From an uncultured Planctomycetaceae bacterium (GTDB taxonomy: Bacteria; Planctomycetota; Planctomycetia; Isosphaerales; Isosphaeraceae), in the NCBI GenBank assembly GCA_963833985.1, contig CAWIAD010000002.1:3008001-3072000 (forward strand): 64,000 nucleotides of DNA. Direction: 5' to 3'. Shown piece after piece: positions 60,286 through 64,000 of the stretch (the first letter of the stretch is position 1; each line of letters begins with the position of its first letter). Below the pieces are notes generated by a model that searched no databases, was not told the origin of the DNA, and saw nothing but the letters and a program-made list of their open reading frames with translations. The translations under genes were made by a program, and so were the position numbers.

Positions 60286-60655
60286 CGACTGCCTCTTCGT
60301 CCCGCCCGCCCCGCTCGCGCGGGTTGTCGTCCGCCATCCGGAGCGCGAGCAGAGCATCGAGGACGTGCCGATGTTGATCGATTCGGGTGCCGACGCGACG
60401 TTGCTGCCCAGATCGGCGGCCACGTCACTCGGGCTGGAGGGGACCGGGGAGCGGTATCAGCCTGTGGGGTTCGACGGCACGGTGAGCGAGTCGGAAGCCG
60501 TGCTCGCCAGCCTGACATTCCTGCGGAGGAATTTCCGGGGAAGATATCTCCTGACCGAAGCGGAGGTCGGTGTCATCGGCCGCGACATCCTCAACCAACT
60601 GGAGATCAGGATTTCGATCACCACGGATGTATGTCCACCAGGCTCAGGCGTTTGA
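60272..60655 (+). CDS. Retropepsin-like (clan AA) aspartyl protease
   Basis: LIDSGADATLLP and VIGRDILN motifs. Confidence 0.85.
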   Translation: MPPYDDCLFVPPAPLARVVVRHPEREQSIEDVPMLIDSGADATLLPRSAATSLGLEGTGERYQPVGFDGTVSESEAVLASLTFLRRNFRGRYLLTEAEVGVIGRDILNQLEIRISITTDVCPPGSGV

Positions 60656-60737
60656 CGGCCATAGTGTGATGCCTGGACACGCCTCTGGTACAATCGAGGA
60701 GGGTGGCTGTGAGCGTGGTTGCGCCCGGAGATTGTGT

Positions 60738-61022
60738 GTGAACATCCGGTATTACCTGGATCCCGAAACCGGTTTACCCCATATCTACGACCATGGAGTC
60801 ACTGAGGCCGAGGTTGAATGGATCCTGGCTCGTGCCGGCGAGGACGGGCCTTCTTCGGGTGGGGCAAGACAGTCCATCGGGCAGACTCCGGCGGGTCGCT
60901 GCCTGCGGGTTGTCTATGTTCCAGACGGAGATGGAGACGGCGTTTTCGTAGTAACGGCCTATCCGCTGAGCGGGAAACCACTGAAGGCATACCGTCGGCG
61001 CACGAAGAGGCGAAAACGATGA
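60738..61022 (+). CDS. BrnT/DUF4258-like putative toxin
   Basis: 'HIYDHGVTEAEVE..L', 'IGQTPAGRCLRVVY', 'FVVTAY'. Confidence 0.75.
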   Translation: MNIRYYLDPETGLPHIYDHGVTEAEVEWILARAGEDGPSSGGARQSIGQTPAGRCLRVVYVPDGDGDGVFVVTAYPLSGKPLKAYRRRTKRRKR

Positions 61023-61228
61023 GTGAACAAAGATTTCCAGGCGGTTGGGATGAACAGCGGGTTCGGGAGCTTCTGGCCGAACTCGACAGCCGGACCGAGG
61101 AGGAATGGGTCGCCGCTGACGAAGCCTCCGCATCGGAACAGGAAGATCAAACCGTCGTCACGGTTCCCGTCGGCTTGCTGCCCGAGATCCGCAGGCTCCT
61201 GGCCACATACAAGCCCAGGTCAGCTTGA
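61019..61228 (+). CDS. Putative antitoxin (acidic, small)
   Basis: ATGA overlap with the toxin; 'FPGGWDEQRVR...EEWVAADEA...VTVPVGLLPEIRRLLA'. Confidence 0.7.
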   Translation: MSEQRFPGGWDEQRVRELLAELDSRTEEEWVAADEASASEQEDQTVVTVPVGLLPEIRRLLATYKPRSA

Positions 61229-61359
61229 TGTCTTGTCGCCGCGAGGTCTGGAAACGCTGTGCTATTGTTGAGATTTTACGCTGGCCGCCCCCTCTCCTCC
61301 TTGTTTAATCACCACCCCCTGGAGGTTGGCGAATTCATCCCCCTGCTGGAGCGGGATTC

Positions 61360-62466
61360 GTGAACAGCACGCCTGAAGACGCATCACATCAGCCCGCGGA
61401 CCCGGGTGCACAAACGGCCGCGTCATCGCCCGTCGCAGCTCAGCAACGCATCCTCAGCCATCATGATCCAGCCTTCGTGCGGATTCTGGCCGAGCTGAAT
61501 GTTTCACTCCTCATCTCCACCTACCAGGCGGGCAAGGTGGCCGTGGTGCAGGTTCGCGAGGGGGAGCTCTTCATCACCTATCACAACTTCCAGAGGGCCA
61601 TGGGGGTGGCTGTCTCCGCCGAACAGATCGCGGTGGGCACCACGAACCAGGTCTGGTTCCTGCTCCATTCGCGTCAGGTTCCCAGGGTGGCCGGGCCGGC
61701 GTTCGACGCCATTTACCTGGCCCGCGTTGCGCAGTTCACCGGCGCGATTCATGTCCACGAGATGGAGTGGTCGGGCCGCGAGCTCTGGGTCGTGAATACG
61801 CTCTTCTCCTGCCTTTGCACGCTCTCCGGCTCCTATAGCTTCGTTCCCCGGTGGAAGCCGCGGTTCGTTTCTCAGCTCGCCGCGGAGGACCGCTGCCACC
61901 TCAATGGGCTGGCGCTCGAGAACGGCCGGCCGCGGTTCGTGACCGCACTCGGAGAGACCGACTCGGCACGGGGCTGGAAGAGCAACCAGGCGGCCGGGGG
62001 CTGCCTCATCGATGTGGCCTCCAGCCAGTTCGTGCTCCGGGGACGATGCTTGCCCCATTCGCCGCGGATTCATGAAGGGCAGATCTGGTTCCTGGAGTCC
62101 GGCCTCGGCCGCCTGCAACGGATCGATCCCGTGTCCGGCGTACACACCGTGGCCGAGCTGCCGGGCTACGCGCGCGGGCTAGCAATCGTCGGGCCCTATG
62201 CGTTTGTCGGACTCTCGAAGATCCGCCCCAGCTCCGGTTTCCAGGACCTTCCCATCGCAGCCTCCGCCCCATCGCTGAGCTGCGGTGTGGCCGCCGTGGA
62301 GCTGGCAAGCGGACGGATCCTGGGCCTCCTCGAATTCGCCGAGGGCATCGAGGAGATCTTTGACGTCCGCGCCAATCACTTCTCACGCTCGCCCGTCTTC
62401 TCCGGCCCCGACGTGCGCGACGACGGAACACCGCCGTTCTGGATGATCCCGCCCACGGCCATCTAA
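61360..62466 (+). CDS. TIGR03032/DUF4915-family protein
   Basis: 'ISTYQAGK', 'TGAIHVHE', 'VNTLFSCL', 'EDRCHLNGLA', 'PHSPR', 'FVGLSKIR'. Confidence 0.9.
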   Translation: MNSTPEDASHQPADPGAQTAASSPVAAQQRILSHHDPAFVRILAELNVSLLISTYQAGKVAVVQVREGELFITYHNFQRAMGVAVSAEQIAVGTTNQVWFLLHSRQVPRVAGPAFDAIYLARVAQFTGAIHVHEMEWSGRELWVVNTLFSCLCTLSGSYSFVPRWKPRFVSQLAAEDRCHLNGLALENGRPRFVTALGETDSARGWKSNQAAGGCLIDVASSQFVLRGRCLPHSPRIHEGQIWFLESGLGRLQRIDPVSGVHTVAELPGYARGLAIVGPYAFVGLSKIRPSSGFQDLPIAASAPSLSCGVAAVELASGRILGLLEFAEGIEEIFDVRANHFSRSPVFSGPDVRDDGTPPFWMIPPTAI

Positions 62467-62623
62467 CTTCCTCAGTGAGCGAGGTATTGCTGTCCCCGGA
62501 CGGCGACTCGGCTTGTGGAAATTGGCAAGGGATGGCATCCTCCCGGCACTCGTGCGGGGAGATGGTCACCGCGGGTCGCCTGCGGGCCAACGGAACGGTC
62601 TCGCACCGAAGGAGCAAGCACGG

Positions 62624-63535
62624 ATGCTGCCGATCCTCGTCGACCTACCGGGCTGGGGCATCAGGATCCACTCCTACGGTGTGGTGATCTTGCTCGCCTG
62701 TACGGCCGCGCTGTGCATCACCGCGTGGCGGGCCGGACGCGAAGGCCTCCGTGTGAACAGCGTGTACGAGCTGGCGGGCTGGCTCTTCCTGGGCGGGGCG
62801 CTCGGTGCCCGCGCCCTCTTCGTGGTGCAGTACCCGGAAACGGTCCACTCCGTGCTCGACCTGGTCTCGGGGTGGCAAGGGGGGAACGTCTTCTACGGCT
62901 GCATCCTGGGAGGTCTTGCCGGCTCACTGCTGTACTGCAAAAGGCGGCCCTTCCCGTTCTGGCCCATGGCCGACGCCGTCGCCCCTGCGCTGGCGATCGG
63001 GGTCACGATCGGCCGCATAGGCTGCCACCTCAACGGCTGCTGTTTCGGATCGGTCTGCGAACTTCCCTGGGCGGTGCGGTTCCCGCGCGGGTCACATGCC
63101 TGGCTGTCGCAAGTGGACCAGGGAATCCTGGCACCGGTTGCGAACTTCTCGCTGCCCGTTCATCCGACCCAGCTCTACGAGGCGTTCGCGGGAACAATGA
63201 TCCTGGCGCTGCTGGCGCTTTACTATCCGCGCCGCAGGCGTGACGGCGAGGTGATGGCACTGGTCATGATTCTCTACGCGACGGCGCGATGGCTGATCGA
63301 GAGCGTTCGTGGCGATGAGCCTGCGATCCTTGCGGGGATGACGCTCTCCCAGGTGATCAGCGTCGGCCTGTTTCTGCTGGGCGTCTACTTCTGGTTCCGC
63401 CCGCGCTCCGGCGTGGCGGGTCGTCACGCCGATGCCGCTCTTCCGGCCAGCAGGCTCGACGGTTCGTCCAAAGGTGAAGCGAGCCCGGCCCTTGTGTTGC
63501 CGCGGACGGCGGGTGCGGCGCAGGGCGGGTCGTGA
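62624..63535 (+). CDS. lgt: Prolipoprotein diacylglyceryl transferase
   Basis: 'IHSYGV', 'GAR', 'FYG', 'IGRIGCHLNGCCFG', 'HPTQLYE', 'R..IE..R'. Confidence 0.9.
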   Translation: MLPILVDLPGWGIRIHSYGVVILLACTAALCITAWRAGREGLRVNSVYELAGWLFLGGALGARALFVVQYPETVHSVLDLVSGWQGGNVFYGCILGGLAGSLLYCKRRPFPFWPMADAVAPALAIGVTIGRIGCHLNGCCFGSVCELPWAVRFPRGSHAWLSQVDQGILAPVANFSLPVHPTQLYEAFAGTMILALLALYYPRRRRDGEVMALVMILYATARWLIESVRGDEPAILAGMTLSQVISVGLFLLGVYFWFRPRSGVAGRHADAALPASRLDGSSKGEASPALVLPRTAGAAQGGS

Positions 63536-63568
63536 GCGCTTTGCTGCGTGGAACGGAGCGTTCCGGCC

Positions 63569-63994
63569 TCAATCGTCGGACGATCCCAGCGAACGCCGGT
63601 GCGCCTTGGTCTCACTTTGCTGCCGCTTGGACTCGAGCCGGCGCTTCCGCGACGCGTGGGTTGGCCGGGTCTGCCGGCGTGGCGTGGGACGCTCACAGGC
63701 CTTCCGGATCAGCTCCACCAGGCGGTCGATCGCATCGCGCCGGTTCGCTTCCTGAGTCCGCCGGGCGCGGGCGTGGATGGTCAGGCAGCCGTCGCTGCCG
63801 ATCCTCTTGCCTGCCAGGTGCACCAGCCGCTGGCGCACCTCCTCCGGCAGGGAGGGAGAGTTTGCGACGTGAAAGCTGAGTCGCACCGCCGTGGAGACCT
63901 TGTTGACGTTCTGGCCCCCGGGCCCCGATGCCCGGATGAACTCGAATTCAAGCTCCGATTCCTCCAGGGCGACGCGGTCGGTGATCGGGATCAT
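63569..63994 (-). CDS. arfB: Alternative ribosome-rescue peptidyl-tRNA hydrolase
   Basis: 'RASGPGGQNVNKVST', 'RTQEANR', basic tail 'TRPTHASRKRRLESK'. Confidence 0.95.
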   Translation of the reverse strand: MIPITDRVALEESELEFEFIRASGPGGQNVNKVSTAVRLSFHVANSPSLPEEVRQRLVHLAGKRIGSDGCLTIHARARRTQEANRRDAIDRLVELIRKACERPTPRRQTRPTHASRKRRLESKRQQSETKAHRRSLGSSDD

Positions 63995-64000
63995 GGCAGC

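Noticed and set aside
61360..63535. Functional link between the TIGR03032-like gene and lgt
   Set aside because: Only adjacency with a ~157-bp gap; no further evidence in the sequence.

Overview
High-GC bacterial DNA. The gene content (ECF sigma/Ser-Thr kinase pairs, PEP-CTERM, MoxR/vWA operon, TIGR03032-like gene, Tat-exported Gfo/Idh/MocA) suggests a planctomycete, probably Isosphaeraceae-like (inference). Core-like blocks are: 1-18.3 kb (metallophosphoesterase, MoxR-DUF58-vWA operon, NHL lipoprotein, Rieske protein, helicase-associated protein, two Era-like/DUF697 GTPases around an amidase); 34.4-57.6 kb (polysaccharide export, phosphatase, sulfotransferase-like, PIG-L, ApbE/FGE-like/Gfo-Idh-MocA/ThuA cluster, a carbohydrate operon with a LacI-type operator, prolyl oligopeptidase, beta-oxidation genes); and 61.4-64 kb (TIGR03032-like, lgt, arfB). 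Two accessory regions stand out. (i) About 18.6-34.3 kb is a mosaic containing a 460-bp direct repeat, three TA modules, an ECF-STK-PEP-CTERM trio, a 7-heme cytochrome, an intact IS630, an IS66 remnant, truncated genes and three fragments of a Y1/HUH (RAYT-like) transposase. Many of its junctions carry a GGACAGGCA end motif preceded by iterated purine-rich 'stutter' repeats, which suggests an HUH-driven gene-capture or shuffling system. (ii) About 58-61.3 kb holds an attC-flanked gene cassette with no integrase in the window, plus two TA-like pairs. A second candidate novel system is an ApbE next to an FGE-fold protein carrying a DAVTRPT motif that resembles the flavinylation consensus. About nine single-base frameshifts in otherwise intact genes are probably sequencing errors. 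All product calls come from visible motifs; no database searches were run.
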